This document shows, piece after piece, positions 50,506 to 64,000 of a stretch of 64,000 bases of DNA. The stretch lies in NCBI RefSeq assembly GCF_006345805.1, contig NC_043022.1, positions 310,001 to 374,000 of the forward strand, written 5' to 3'. Every line of letters starts with the position of its first letter. Position 1 is the first letter of the stretch. Under the pieces are notes generated by a model. That model worked only from the letters and a program-made list of their open reading frames with translations, did not search any database and was not told where the DNA came from. A program made the position numbers and the translations under genes. This stretch comes from Octopus sinensis. Taxonomy: Eukaryota.

Positions 50506-51182
50506 CTAAGAATTACAAGAAAACAGATTTTTTTTGTTTTTATTTATTTTATAGTCTTACTCAGAGGAGCAACAACTGTGACCCTTTACAGAGTCATGGT
50601 TGCTGTTCTTCCTGATTTAGGGGCTTAGTGAGTGTAGGGATGAGGAAAAGTGCTTATGATCCTTTTCAGGGTCTCAGTGATGGAAGCAAAGAAGGGGAAC
50701 ACCAACACTCCTATTTAGGGCCTCAGTGACAGGAGAGAGGAAGGGCAGTGTTTGTGACCCTTTTTAGGGCCTCAGTGAATGAAGGGAGAAAAGATAATAT
50801 TAATGAGAGTTACTTCAAAGTTTCAGCCAGTTAAACCATTGCTGGGCTGGCTTAACTAGCTAAAACTTCAAAGTCACTGTCAACAATATTCTTGTTTAAG
50901 AAGAATAAATTTGTGCTCAACAAAAGTAAAGAGTAACACATCAGATCAAAGTAAAATTGTTTTTATAGTATCTGAAAATAAAAACAAATATATATATATA
51001 TATATATCTTTTATATTTGTCTGTCTTTATATATATATATAGGAAAAGAAAGAGAAAAAAGGGAGCAGGGGTTGGAAAACAAGTGGGAGAGAGAATGAGT
51101 GAAACAGGGATATAGTGATGCTAGGTATCATATCTATAGGTTATTTATCCAAACTAAACACAAGGACAGTTGGAGAGAATAC

Positions 51183-51299
51183 CTGTAGAGTCTTTTTCAG
51201 ATTCTCCTGTTCCAGGTCATGTCGTTCTTCAGACAGAGTCAATTGGTGACGAACAGACTCAATTTCAGAGTTCTTCTGTTGAAGCTTCCATTGTAAACT
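51183..51299 (-). CDS. GOLGA3: Golgin-160 exon SLQWKLQQKNSEIESVRHQLTLSEERHDLEQENLKKTLQ
   Basis: tttgcag| and |gtattc, 117 nt, phase 0-0; resembles LKWEVDQKEREIQSLKQQL. Confidence 0.85.
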
Positions 51300-51814
51300 C
51301 TGCAAATATAAAACAAATAAAACAAACTGAGGTCAGAGAAAAACAAGCATCATCATCATCATTGCAAAGAGCACCAGTGCCAGTACCACATGAAGAGCAT
51401 CCGTGCCAGTGCCACATGAAGAGCATCCGTGCCAGTACCACATGAAGAGCATCCGTGCCAGTACCACATGAAGAGCATCCGTGCCAGTACCACATGAAGA
51501 GCATCCGTGCCATGCCACATAATAGAGGAACTGTGCTAAAGCCATGTAAAAATGCATCCATGCCATGCCACAAAATAGAGGAACTGTGCCAAAGCCCAGT
51601 ACACTCTATAAAGAGGTTGGCTTTAGGAAGGGCATCATGCCAAAACAGATGACTGGGGCTTTGTGTAGCCCTCTGGTTTGCCAGCTCCTGTCAAACCATC
51701 CAACCCATGCCAGCATGGAAAACAGATGTTAAATAATGAGATGGTGACAAACAACAATTGTAAACCCATGTGGCTCTTTTCTCAGTCAACATGGCAGAAA
51801 GTTGGGCTGTTTAA

Positions 51815-52023
51815 CCCTTTAATGTTCTGATTATTCAATCAAACATAATGCTTATTGATCTGAATTGATCATGCATTATCCTATATCTTCAAGATCTTGA
51901 TGGTGTAATTACTTAATGTAGAATAACATTGTAGGGTAGGTGTGAGAGCCTGGATCTGGTCAGTTTGAACATAAAACAGATTAAATATTTTGGCCGGATA
52001 TGGCCGGTTTAAATACTAAAGGG
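51815..52023. mobile_element. piggyBac-type MITE (209 bp)
   Basis: TTAA|CCCTTTA ... TAAAGGG|TTAA. Confidence 0.75.
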
Positions 52024-53249
52024 TTAAGCAATACAGCATCCAAATTTTGCAAGACCAATATTTTTTAGAAAAGATGTCCTGATCACCATCAGCCACCCTG
52101 GTTTGTCGTATTGATTGCAGTTTGGAAGAGAACCTAATAAATGAAAGCAAAACATCGTCTACACCAGCCAGAACAACTCCAAAGTCAAGGCAACGAGGGA
52201 GGCTCAACGAGAGTCATTGGTGAACTGCAGCTCACAGGACTTTCTGAATGACATGCCTAAGGAAAAATTACTCACTGACAGGAGGGAAGGACAACACCTA
52301 CTCTCCTATTTAGGGCCTCAGTGACAGGAGAGAGGAAGGGCAGTGTCTGTGACCCATCTTAGGGCCGCTCAGTGAGTGAAGGGAAGAAGGGTGATGCCAG
52401 TTAACAATTTTAGTGCTCCCATGACTGGAGGGAGGGACTGCCTTTGTGATCCTTTTCAGGGCTTCTGTGAATGGTAGAAGCAAGGGAATATTTTGTTTAG
52501 TTGTGTGGCCTGCTTGAAAAGCCATGTCCCATGCAGCCAGCTTCTTGAAAAAAGGCTGTTTGTAACTGCTTTACTTGGTCACTAAACCTGCTAGAAATAG
52601 AAGCCAAAGCCAAATCATATCCCTGCATCAAAACAGGATACATAGGAATCTGTATTAGTTCTTGGTATAAAAACAAATTGGAATGGTCACAACTGGAAAT
52701 ACTTTTGATCATATGTCTACAGGACCAGTGTTGACAAACCTTGAAATAACAACTGTTTGAAATATACTACGTTGCCACTGCCACCACCACTACAACCCAA
52801 ACCACTCCCGACGCCACCACCACCACCATTTCCTCCTCCAATTCTAACACCGGGTTTGCTGGTTTTCCAATGCAGTAACCTTCTAAATGACTCAACTGCT
52901 TCAAATACCTTGCAATACTACAGCAGCGGAACATTCTGCTGGTGCTCGGATATCTAACATGATAAATTTTTTAAAAATATGCGTCAACAAGGGAACTACT
53001 TATATATGATCAACTTCCTCCCCTAGTGTCTTGGAAATGGAGGATCACATTGAACAATGTGATCCTAGCCATTCCATATTCAAAAGAAGGACATGATGGT
53101 CATGTTTAGAATACCTTTGATCATACATGTGGCTTGTCTAGGACTGACCTGGGGCTAAACAACAACATAAGAAATATAAGTAAATAAATGACATCTCACA
53201 CCTCCTGGGTAAAAACAGAAAAAAACAAGCAAACAAGAGAAGCCCTTAC

Positions 53250-53528
53250 CTCTAGTTGCTCCAGTATGACTGGATTGCGGTCCTGATTGTCGGAGAGGTT
53301 CCGTTGCAAGCGCTCAATTTGAGCATTCAGTGTTTGGTTAACATGCTGCACATTCTGAAGACTAGACTGCACCTGAGACAGCTCTTCCTTCTTTCGCTGC
53401 AGTTCATCTGCAGTTGCATCACATTGCGATGCTTTCTGCTCAAGGCTCCCCTGTAATTGCTCCTGTTCAGTTGCCAGAGCTTTCTGTTGCCGCTTCAAGT
53501 TTTTGTTTTCTTTAATCTTCACACCAAT
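53250..53528 (-). CDS. GOLGA3: Golgin-160 coiled-coil exon
   Basis: ttgcag| and GAG|gtaagg; 279 nt, phase 0-0. Confidence 0.85.
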
Positions 53529-54219
53529 CTGCAATGAAGAAACAGATATATTTCAATAGCTACATCCATATATAGATATATAAATGAAGAAGAAGAAAAT
53601 GGAGATTTTGAAGTTAATAAGAGTTTATTATCAGCAACAAATCGATCATTATACCTTACAGCTGTTTCAGTTATAGACAGTGAAGTTAGTTAAATATTAA
53701 ATTCATATTTCTGAGCATAATCTCTTCAGAAGGGAAAAAATTTATCCTTAGATGTTTTGTGTATTTGTTTGAAGATTCATCACAGCAGACTGAGTGATAC
53801 TGTTTATGATTTATATTAATGTGTTTGGGCTGGGGGTTTGCAAGTTGGTTGGAGGTAAGATAAAGCAGGTAAATCGAATTGGTATTAAAAAGGGATAAGA
53901 ATCAGGGAAGCTATAAGAAAAATTGAATTCTATAGCAGCTTTTTGATTCCAAGAAAGACAATTCTAGCTAAACCTGCACAAATGATTTGTATCTAGTGAT
54001 CACTCCCTCCATCAAATCAACATGGTCTATACAGGTGTGCAAGGTGTGCCACACTTCAGGTGTCAAAGTGATCGTAGAGCATCATCATCATCATCAATGA
54101 AACTGAATGTTTTGCTCAAGTACACACTGAACCACTCAGTCCAGCATTAGAGCCCACAAACTCATGTAACACCCTAACCACAAGGCCATGTGCCCTCATA
54201 ATAAAAACAAAAGACTGAC

Positions 54220-54434
54220 CTGTTTCCTGAGCTCCCTCTGGTTACCCTTTTCATGAGCCAACATCTGTTCGAGTTCCTGTAACCTGTTGCTGAAATCAGA
54301 ATCATTACAATCTTGGTTCTTCAGGGTTTCACTGAACTGGGTCTGCAGTTCGACCAGTGACGACTCACGGCGAGCCAGAGCTTCTTCTAACTCAGCAACA
54401 TGGTTCTTCAGAGTTGTATTGCTTTGTTGTAAGC
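54220..54434 (-). CDS. GOLGA3: Golgin-160 coiled-coil exon
   Basis: ctgaag| and CAG|gtcagt; 215 nt, phase 1-0. Confidence 0.85.
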
Positions 54435-56874
54435 CTTCAGAGGTAAAAAGAAAAAAATATATGATAAAGAAAAGTAAAAACAAAAACAATATAAGTTTCA
54501 AATTTTGGCACAAGGCCAGCAATTTCGGGGAGGAGGGGTCAAGTCAATTACATTGACCCCAGTGCACAGCTGGTACTCCTAAGATCAACCCTGAAAGGAT
54601 GAAAAGTAAAATATTTTGAACTCAGAACAAAGATGGATGAAATGCCACAAAGCATTTTGACTGGAGGGCCTACGATTCTGCCAGTTTGCTGCCTTAGTAA
54701 TAAAAATAATAAAAATAATCCTTTCTAATATAGAAACAAGGCCTAAGATTCTTTTGAAGGGTACTAATCAATTACACAGGCCTTAATTGGTACTTGTCTT
54801 ATCAACCTCAAAAAGATGAAAGAAAAAGTTGACCTCGGTGGAATTTGAACTCAGAATGTAAAGATGGGTGATATGACACCAAGCATTTTACGAAGCACAC
54901 TCTCTGCCTTAAAAATAAGGAGAAAAAAAATAATATTATCACGATAATTAGTCTTCATCTTCAAAAGTTAGAAAAACTTTGGATCCCTACACCAGCCCAA
55001 CATCTACTAACCCCTTACAAAGCTGAGGTGACACCCTCATTGGAACGTTGCTCCCACATTTGAGATTGGGCTACTATTGTCTCTGATTGCGATGAAGTCA
55101 CTCACCAACACACTCCATGCTCTAATACAGGCACGAACAGCCTTTTATGAAAAGTGGGTCACATGAGACATTGCCCATTCTCAAGTGGGCCACACTACTA
55201 AAGGAGTTTGAGCTAATTTTTTGTTAGGGATGCTTTTCAGAAAGTCCCATGGACCTCAGTTTGCCCATGACTAACCTAATACATAGATGTGCCATCTGCT
55301 CTCTTTCACCTCTATCACAATGGTCCCTGCTTCTCTGAGTTGGTTAGTTGGTCTTGTCTCGTGTCACCCAGATTCATTTGTCATTCATTTGTCACTCACC
55401 CCCACATAGCCAAAATCTTTAGTCTTTCATATTATTGTAGAAATATAGCGAAAATCTTATATGGATCCCACCAGTTGAGAACCACTGCTTCAAAGGCTTC
55501 ACAACTATAATAATCCCCAAACCTAGAAGACTGGTGCTTGGTGCCTCCTCTCATCAATTCCTTTATACCGAGCAGCTACATTATGTCCCTTTGTACAGTT
55601 ATTTCCCTTGTAGACACATCCCCACACCTACAATATGAGCTACTGGGACACATTTACACTGATACATACAAACACACATCCACATTACATCTACTCTTCT
55701 GTATTAACATGACTTAATGGTTAGGGAATTTGACTCATGAGCATAAGATTGTGGTTTCAATTCCTGGACCAAGCAACACATTCTGTTCTTGAGTAAAAAC
55801 GCAGCATTTCACATTGCTCCAGTCCACTCAGCTGGTAAAAATGAGTAATCCTGTGACAGATTGGTGTCCTATCAGATGCGGGGGGGGGGGATTATATACG
55901 CCGCAGAAACCAGGAAACTAACCCCATGAGTTCATAAGGCTTGACAGGGATCTTTATCCTATCTTTTATCTTTTGGCAAGTATCATACAGCATTAAACGA
56001 GAGACAAACACACAAACACACACACAAATGTGAAAATAATAGGCTTCTTTCAGTTTCCGTCTATCAAATCCACTGACAAGGCTTTGACCAGTCTAGGGAT
56101 ATAGGAGACACTTGCCAAAGGTGTTACGCAGTGAGGTTGAACCTGGAACTATGTAGTTGGGAAGATTCCTTCTTAACCGCACAGCCACACCTGCATCTAA
56201 TGTTCATCCCAAAGACACTAGTAAGAAACACAATGATGTTCCTCATGATGATGATGATGATGATGAGAGTTGTGAGGCAAAACAGTGAAATAGTAGTGTG
56301 ACAAATCATTAGAGCACTGAACAAAATGCCTTGTTGTACTGAGTTAACAGCACTACGTTCTGGGTTCAAATCTTACCAATATCCAACTTTGCTTTTCATC
56401 TTCCTGGGGTTGATAAAAATAAAGTACCAATAATGTACTGAAGCCAGTTTAAATGCTACTCTTATAAAGCATCATAGACGTGAAAGAAATCCTAACAGAA
56501 GTGAAAAGAATTATTATAGAAGGTTATGACTAAAGCGGTGAAGGCACATGGCCTGGTGGTTAGGGTGTTGCACTCACAATCACTTGATCATGGGTTCAAT
56601 TTCCGGAACAAAAGGTACATTTTGTTTTTGAGCAAAACACAATTCCGCTGTAATTGGGTCATACTGTGAGGGAATAGTCTTCCAATCAGGGCAAATATTG
56701 GCTTGCTCACTAGACAAATAGGGTGGCATCATTCAAATTCTAAAAATGATGCAAAGCACATTGTGACCAGCGATGTATAACAACATCTGACAGTCTGGTT
56801 GATCATGGGATGACTAAAACTAGTTATAAAAGTACAGAAATTTTAGGGATAAATTGTACCCCAGGGCTCCTGAC

Positions 56875-57109
56875 CTGTAAGGCGACCTCGTTCTTTTTCA
56901 AGTTCCAGCTGGAATTGATAATCTTTGGAACTGGCTTCCCGCTCCACTTCTTCTTTCTCATTGACCAACTGCTGTAGTTGCTCCCCCATGGCCACAACCT
57001 GTGCTACATATTGGTCAATCTGTTGTTTGGTTGCTATTTCCAGTTCTGTTAATTGACTTTCAGCTTGGTGTTTCTGGTTGGTTACCAATTCTAATTCTCC
57101 AGCAAGAGT
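56875..57109 (-). CDS. GOLGA3: Golgin-160 coiled-coil exon (..FQLELEKERGRLT)
   Basis: tttcag| and G|gtcagg; 235 nt, phase 0-1. Confidence 0.85.
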
Positions 57110-57565
57110 CTGAAATTGAGAAGTCTTATGTTAGAAATTCATTCATATACATACATATATACACATATACATATATATATATAACATAAATAATATATAT
57201 ATATATATAACATAAATAATATATAAACATATGCATATATACATACATATATATACATACCTACATCTATATGTATATATACATGCATATATGGGTACAG
57301 GACACCAAAAAAACGTTGAACACAATGAGAAACGAAAACATAAAAGCAAAAACATGGAAACAAACTTTTTTTCAAACAACAGAAAAACAGAGAAACAAGA
57401 CATACAACACAAGGAATATTCCCCTTCTTCAGTTGTCCCTGTTTCGTCTACTCCACATTTCGAAGGTAAACTAACTCTATATGATCATGGAGGAAAGATT
57501 AAAAAGACAGACAGAATAGATCTTTTTTAAATCACAGAAGAAGTATGAAATAGTCGTTATCTTAC

Positions 57566-58480
57566 CTGTAATTCTACCTTCATGTGATCTTGTTGCTCCA
57601 ACATACCAAATTCAAACTTCCGTTTAAGCATATCGTGTTCGTTCTGAAGTGCTTCTTTGCTGGAAACCATCTCACGGAGTTTACTGCTGAGGAGTTCAGT
57701 GTTGCTGTCATAAGCCTTTTGTCTTTGCATCAATTCATTCTGCACAGCATTTAAATCGGTGCCAAGTCTTGCTGACCGAGCCTTCTCTTTGGTCAAGGTG
57801 TTTTGCCGTTTCTTTTCAACGGATTTCATCTCTGCTTTCAGGTTTTTATTTTCAGTTTCAAGCTGCAGAAGTTTCTCGGAATTTTCTAGACTTTGCTCTT
57901 CACTTGATGGTCTCTCTTTCTCCTTTTCTAATTCTACATTTACAAGATCAAGATTCTTCTGGACATTTTCTAGAAGGTTCTGTACAGCTTCCTTTTCGTG
58001 AACTTCATGTAAATACCGGTCATTCAATTCCGTAAACTGCACTCGAAGATCGTTTAAGTCCTTGGCAAGGGCCTCGTTCTTCTTCTCAATCTTCTGAGAA
58101 TGTTCAGCCAGATTCTCTTTGTCTTCCTGAAGTTCTTTCTCAGGCAAATTAGAGAGTGTTTTCTGAGATTCTTCCAATTCCAACTTGACCCTATCTCTGT
58201 CCTCCTTCACTTGTTCAAGTTCGGCAACACGATTATTCAGCTCCTGCTTCATCTGCCAAAAGCTTTTCTCTACTTTACTCAAGTCACCACGAAGTGTTTC
58301 CAAGGAAGAATCAAAAATTTTCTTTTCTTCAGAAGCTGCTACCAAAGATATTTCCACCGCAGCCTTCTCTTCTTTCAACTTCAACACTTCCTGGTTCTTC
58401 CGACTGGCTTCGGTTTGGAAAGCATTCAAAGAAGATTCAACATCAATGAGTTTCTGCTGTAATTCCTCAGTGATTTTATC
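57566..58480 (-). CDS. GOLGA3: Golgin-160 coiled-coil exon
   Basis: 915 nt, phase 0-0; RLGTDLNAVQNELMQRQKAYDSNTELLSSKL resembles human RLGSDLTSAQKEMKTKHKAYENAVGILSRRL. Confidence 0.9.
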
Positions 58481-58635
58481 CTGGCGAAACGAAAAAGAGA
58501 TAAAAATAATAATAATAATAAACTGGTAATTATAATGATTACTGTCAAAGAAAATTATGCTTGAAAATGTATAATGTGTCATTTTATATATGTATGTGTG
58601 TTACTCTGTGTGTTTGAGTATGGGAGTATGATTCA

Positions 58636-58666
<31 letters not shown>

Positions 58667-58967
58667 TATGTGCACTCATTTCTGTTTCTATGTATGTCCA
58701 GATGTGCATTCGTGGGTATATGTAAATTAAGTAGTCAGGTATCCTACTTCTGGATAAATACCTCATGACTTACTGGATCCAAATTAGGAATCGTTACTGC
58801 TAGACTACAATTTTACTACAGCACAAATACGCTCCCAGATTAGACAACAAATTTATGTGAATTTGTAAAACTTTCCAACCCATATGGCTAGGAGATAATG
58901 AAATTTTAAAAAAGTAATAATAATTAAAAGAAAAAGAAGCAAATTAAAAAAAATCTAAGTATCCTAC

Positions 58968-60002
58968 CTTTTCAGTAAGTTTTCCTTCAGTAACCATCAG
59001 ATTTTTCATCAGACTTGCCTGCTCAGTTTCTAAAGAAAATATTTGAATCTGCTTTTTCTTCACGTTGTTTTGTGATTTCTCAAGCTGAGCCTCAAGGTCA
59101 ACTGTGGTCTGCAACAGGGTGGCTATCTTTGACTTCTCTTCCTCGACACTCAAAATTTTCGAATCAAATGTCTCTTCAATGAGATGCCGCTCCCTCTGGA
59201 TCTCCTGGAAAGCTGTTTCTCTCTCCAGCATGTCTGCCTGGATGTTCTCCAATTGTCGAGCGAGTGTCTCTTTTTCTAACACTGCCTTCTGCCGCGTCTC
59301 AGACAACAACTGGTGCAGGCGTGCAGTATCTGCTTTCAAGCGTTCGCTGATTATTCCCTGAGATGAGACTCGTGCATGCAGTGCCGTTAACTCCTTTTGC
59401 AGTTCTGAACGAACCTTGTTGGCCATCTGGAGTTGTTCATGGTACCACTGCTTTGTGCTGGTAATGGCTGAAAGGTCACTTTTTGCATTCCGTGCATCAG
59501 TGTCGGACAGCATTTTTTTCTGAAGTGCAGTCTGCACCTCAACATAAAGTTCTGCAACTTTATTTTTTAATGCTTGAATGGTCACGTCACGGGCATTAAG
59601 ACCGTCTGACAATTCTCGTACATGGATGTTTTGCTTGTCCTGAAGTTCTTGGGTCAGCTTCAATTCCTCTTCATGATGTTTAGCAGCATCAATCTTTTCT
59701 TCCAGCAGTTTCTGAGTGTCTTCTAAACATTGTTCCAAGTAGACACGGTTCTCTTTCAAGCTCCTGATGTCAGCTTTCAGTGCATTCTGCTTCACGTCAG
59801 ACTCTGAGTTATTCAACAATTGCAGTTTCTGGTCCAGAGAGGCAACTTGAGCCTGCAACTCCGCACGTTCTTGTAATGCAATTTCTGCCTCTGCACTCAA
59901 CACTTCCAACTGACCCTCCAGCTTTGCCTTCTCCTTCAGAACAGTATTTAGGTTCATTTCTTCCAGTTTCCCTGTTGCTGGAGAAGATACCTCGACATAG
60001 GC
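58968..60002 (-). CDS. GOLGA3: Golgin-160 exon, start of coiled coil
   Basis: 1035 nt, phase 0-0; VLKEKAKLEGQLEVLS..ERAELQAQ and QWYHEQL..QLENIQADML match remembered GOLGA3 motifs. Confidence 0.92.
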
Positions 60003-60910
60003 CTGAAGAGAGAGAGAGAAAAGGATGGAGAAAGATAAAACACTGAGGGTCATAGTGAACCTCTTCAACATCATTCAACAGATAACAACAAAAATGAGAT
60101 GAAATATGTTTATATATAATAAATCTTAGGTGACGTATTTGGTCAACACAAAGCTACACTGATACAGAGAAAAGGGACGTCAAATCTGTCTAAAATAATT
60201 CTTCCTAATAAAAGGAGAAGGTCTGAAATTTTGGGGAGGGGGGTCAGTCAATTACACTGACTACAGTGTTCAACTGCTGCTTATTTTATTGACCTCAACA
60301 AGATCAAAATATGAAAAGCAAAGTCAACTGTAGCAGAATTTAAACTATGGACATTAAAGGGGTGGAAATAGTACTTGTAAGCATTTTGTCAGGCAAGCTA
60401 ATGACTCTGCCAGCTTACCACCCTAAATCTGCTCAAAATAATACCAGGTCTTTCAGTTAATGAGTAATACTTGGTCTGATAGAAATGGCAGCAACCAAAT
60501 CTTCCTTCAAATCACACTTTATGTACAGCCTTACAAAAAGACATTAAATAAAACTAATCAACTAGAATTATTAATTAATAATTTGCAGATGCAAATTAGT
60601 TATTGTTAATTTGCAAGTTAAAGTATACATCTAATGGTGGTAAGCATGGGTGTCGTATATTTGGCCATGTAGTAGCTACTGATGCCACATGAAGGATCAT
60701 AACAGAGAACAGTAAGGTCAAACGTCAAACCTGAGAATACAGGGCCCTGGAGACATGATGGCACACTATATATATATATATATACATTTTTTACATTTTG
60801 GCATTTTGCTGAGATTTTTTTCTTCAGAACACATTCTTCATGGTAATGGCAATTTGACATCTATGTTTAGCATATAGGGTGTCCACTTGAGAGGTCATTC
60901 CTCTAAATTT

Positions 60911-60952
<42 letters not shown>

Positions 60953-62022
60953 AACATACACACATGTTGACACATAATATGTTGACACTGGATTTGTGTC
61001 AACATAATGTAATAGAGTGTTCCCCCTGAAGAATTGTAGTGGATCTGCATCCAATCGCACTATGAACACCTGAACAGCCAATGCAGAGGATGCAAAAAGC
61101 CATAATGTGAAACATGCATAGGGAACAAATGGTGTAAATTGCATCTCAAATTTATCATACTTTGCATGGCACCATGTAAAAAGCACCCAGTCCACCTTGT
61201 AAAAGGGTTGGCATTAGGAAGGGCATAAAGCTGTAAAAACTATGCCAAAACAGACGACTGGAGTCTGGTGCAGCCTCCAGCTTGCCAGCTCTTGTCAAAC
61301 CATTCAGCTGGTACCGGTATGGAAAACGGATGTTAAATTATGATAATGAGAAAGAGAAGGAGAGCTTGGCTGCTTATTTCTCTGGAATTGGCCAAAATAA
61401 TGCAGACACCTCTGATGAGAGTCCAATAAGGCTCAAATTGATTAAAGTTGTTCATCTTTCAATCAACAAAGGAATGGTTAAATTTACCCTCCTGTTTATA
61501 TATCTACTACATAAGAAGAAAAAAGGTTACCTTTTTGAGTCCTACTCATTCACAAGGGCCAGTTTCTCGGTTGCCATGTTATATAAAATTCCCCACCTGG
61601 ACAGGACGGTGATCCATCACAGGGTTACTCATTTTTGCCAGCTGAGTGGAGTGGAGCAACATGAAATGAAGTGTTTTGCTCAAGAACACAATGTGTCGCC
61701 TGGTCCAGGAATCGAAACCACAATCTTATGATCACGAGTCCCACACCCTAACCACTAAGCCATGCACCTCCACTATCTACTACATATGTTACATAATATA
61801 TGTGCATGTGTGTGTGTATGTGTGTTCATTGGTTAGATGCAGAGGAGAGAGAATAAGCTACATCACGAGGCTGTTCAACCAATGTCAACATGGAAAAGCA
61901 AATGTTAAGACAACGATGATGATGATGATGATGATGATGAGCATCATCATCATTATCATCAATCAACCAATTACTATGTATGGAAGAATGGATAAAAAAA
62001 AAAACAGAAAAAGTGATTCTAC

Positions 62023-62967
62023 CTTGGATTTTCTCTCTGTAAATGGTTTCATTGCATTCTTGAAAAGAGGTCCAGGGTCAGGAAGAACGATTTTAGGTTT
62101 TGTGGGTAATTTAGATGGTAAAGGACTGACATCTTTCTCAGGTAACTCCACACTGCCAGGGACGGAACCAAGGCGATCAGAAATGTCAGTGTTTTGGAAA
62201 GAATACTTTTGGTCATGGCTAGCACCGGTCACCGAATCCAGCAGAGGAGAAAACCTTGCAGTGTCTCTGCCAGAGTCGCTTGGTGTGAAAGAACGTTCTC
62301 TCACTGGTGGAGAGTGCCGTCCATTATGGAATCTTTTCAGGAAACTTTCCAGCTCAATGGCTTTGACAGGCGGCAGTGACTTGAGAAAAGCTTCAGCTGT
62401 GCTGTCGTCTTCATAATTGTAATCCTCATCACAATCAGAGAACTGAACTGAGGAACTTTTTACAGAAGCAACTTCATCAGTTTTGTCTCCTTCGCTTAGA
62501 CCATTCTCTTGACTGAGTTCTCTGGAGATTTGTTCCATGGACGATGAGACAACTGAAGATGTTGTTGATGCGGAGGGAGACAAACCATCGTTTTCTTCTG
62601 TAAAATCTTTGGAAGCAGATTTGTTCTTAGGTTTTCCCTTTTTCTTGGATTTTGGTTTTACCTGTTCCCTGTCCCTGGGGGATGTTTCGGTGTCAGATAC
62701 GAGTTTTGGTCCTGAATTGAACCAAGAGGTTTTCTCTGTTGTTAAAGTGATATTTGTTGCAGGAATTATAATTTTGCCTTCGGTTGATGGAATAACTCTG
62801 GCCAAATCTTTGTTAGTCTTTGAAACGTCTGTTGGCAATATTTCAGTGCTTTCTCCTGAAGACATCAACGAATGAGAATCATTAGAGTATAAAGAATCCA
62901 AACGTGGCGTTCTCTCAAAAGACATTTTCAGACTTTGGCTATCACTGTTGAGACCAGGAATAAGATT
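62023..62967 (-). CDS. GOLGA3: Golgin-160 Ser-rich N-terminal head exon (upstream exon(s) beyond window)
   Basis: tttcag| and AAG|gtagaa; 945 nt open, phase 0-0, in phase with 60002; no start seen. Confidence 0.8.
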
Positions 62968-64000
62968 CTGAAATTAAAGAATTTAAAAATTAACAACTTG
63001 GAATTCCTCACACAAATGAATTTAGTTTAAATATTTGTGTCTTAATTGCTTCCAACAGTTTCTACTGCCAAATGATTTTAGTAATGGTTCTTTTAGTGGC
63101 CACCACATTGAACTAGTTTACTGCATACACCACACTCCCACCATCAACACCATAGACACACACTATCTCTCTCTCTCACCTACACACACACACTCCTCAC
63201 TCTCCCCTCCTTCCTTCATTTTCATTGCGTCTCATCTCCAAGACTCCAGACTGAAGAATTTTTTCCAGTCCTCCTGCCCTCTGCAGAACTCCAACCATCT
63301 GGAATTACATCTGATCTAATGAAGAAGTCTCTATATCACTGGTTCTCAACCCTTTTACTATCCAAACCAGATCCAAAATTTGGATCCTTTCTAGGGGCCA
63401 CACCAAAAAATGTAGAACACAAGCCAAATAAAGAAAAATTTATTATATCTATAGAAGGAAGACTTCCAAAGGCCACTGAAAATAGGCTTGAGGGCCACAT
63501 GTGGCCCTGAGAGCTGCAGTTGAGAACTGCTGCTCTATATAGTTGCCTGAGTGTTTAGAAATAGCAGCTAAATTACATTGATTCACACTTAAATGTCTTA
63601 AAAACAATAACTGGCCAAAAGTAAATCCAAGAGACACAAAATAAAAGGGTTGGTTAAGGTTGGAGCACTTTTGGTCATAGTTTTGTTCAATGAAGGCTGG
63701 CCTGGGGCTAAACCCTAACAACAATGCCCTCACCTACACATAGTGCAGTGTAGTTGTTTAACACCAGGTCATTTCAGACTGAGCCAGCCAAAGATCAGAG
63801 ATGTTCCAACCAATAAGCATTGCATCGTTTATTCAGACATAAGCATTTCTAAGAATACATTATCCTTGTTTTCTTTGTAGAGGGCCGACAGACATTGAAG
63901 CTGGACATTAACCACAAAATATACAAAATTTGGGACAGGATTTTACAGCTGGGTGCGATTCCCGTCACCCTCATCTATTTTTCAAATATCTTTTATCTTT

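Noticed and set aside
62023-62967. Conserved caspase sites in the golgin-160 head
   Set aside because: Asp-rich motifs are present, but the low-complexity sequence cannot be aligned by eye to the mammalian sites

Overview
AT-rich, intron- and repeat-dense eukaryotic DNA. The SINE families and (TA)n/(AAT)n tracts look like an Octopus (cephalopod) genome; this is an inference, not a database result. Two convergent spliced genes can be assembled from GT-AG sites and exon phases. (1) + strand, 2197-23977: a ~305-aa secreted protein with signal peptide, acidic pro-region, KR site, very basic EMI-like Cys domain and four Ca-binding-type EGF repeats. Two of the repeats are a recent duplicate pair lacking the C2-C4 disulfide, and a fifth EGF exon is disrupted. 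(2) - strand, 62967-44566: 11 exons (1454 aa + stop, 5' end outside the window) of a GOLGA3/golgin-160 homologue. The rest is mobile and repetitive DNA: a 5'-truncated R4/Dong-type LINE and relatives in (AAT)n tracts, a CR1/L2-type 3' end, two mariner relics, piggyBac-type elements, MITEs, at least four SINE-like families (one as a 9-copy head-to-tail stack), a 4.7-kb 11-bp satellite, a 39-bp minisatellite and many near-perfect palindromes. Several Penelope-like ends carry type-I hammerhead-ribozyme-like folds with unusual core variants. Most ORFs in the supplied track are microsatellite or satellite artefacts.
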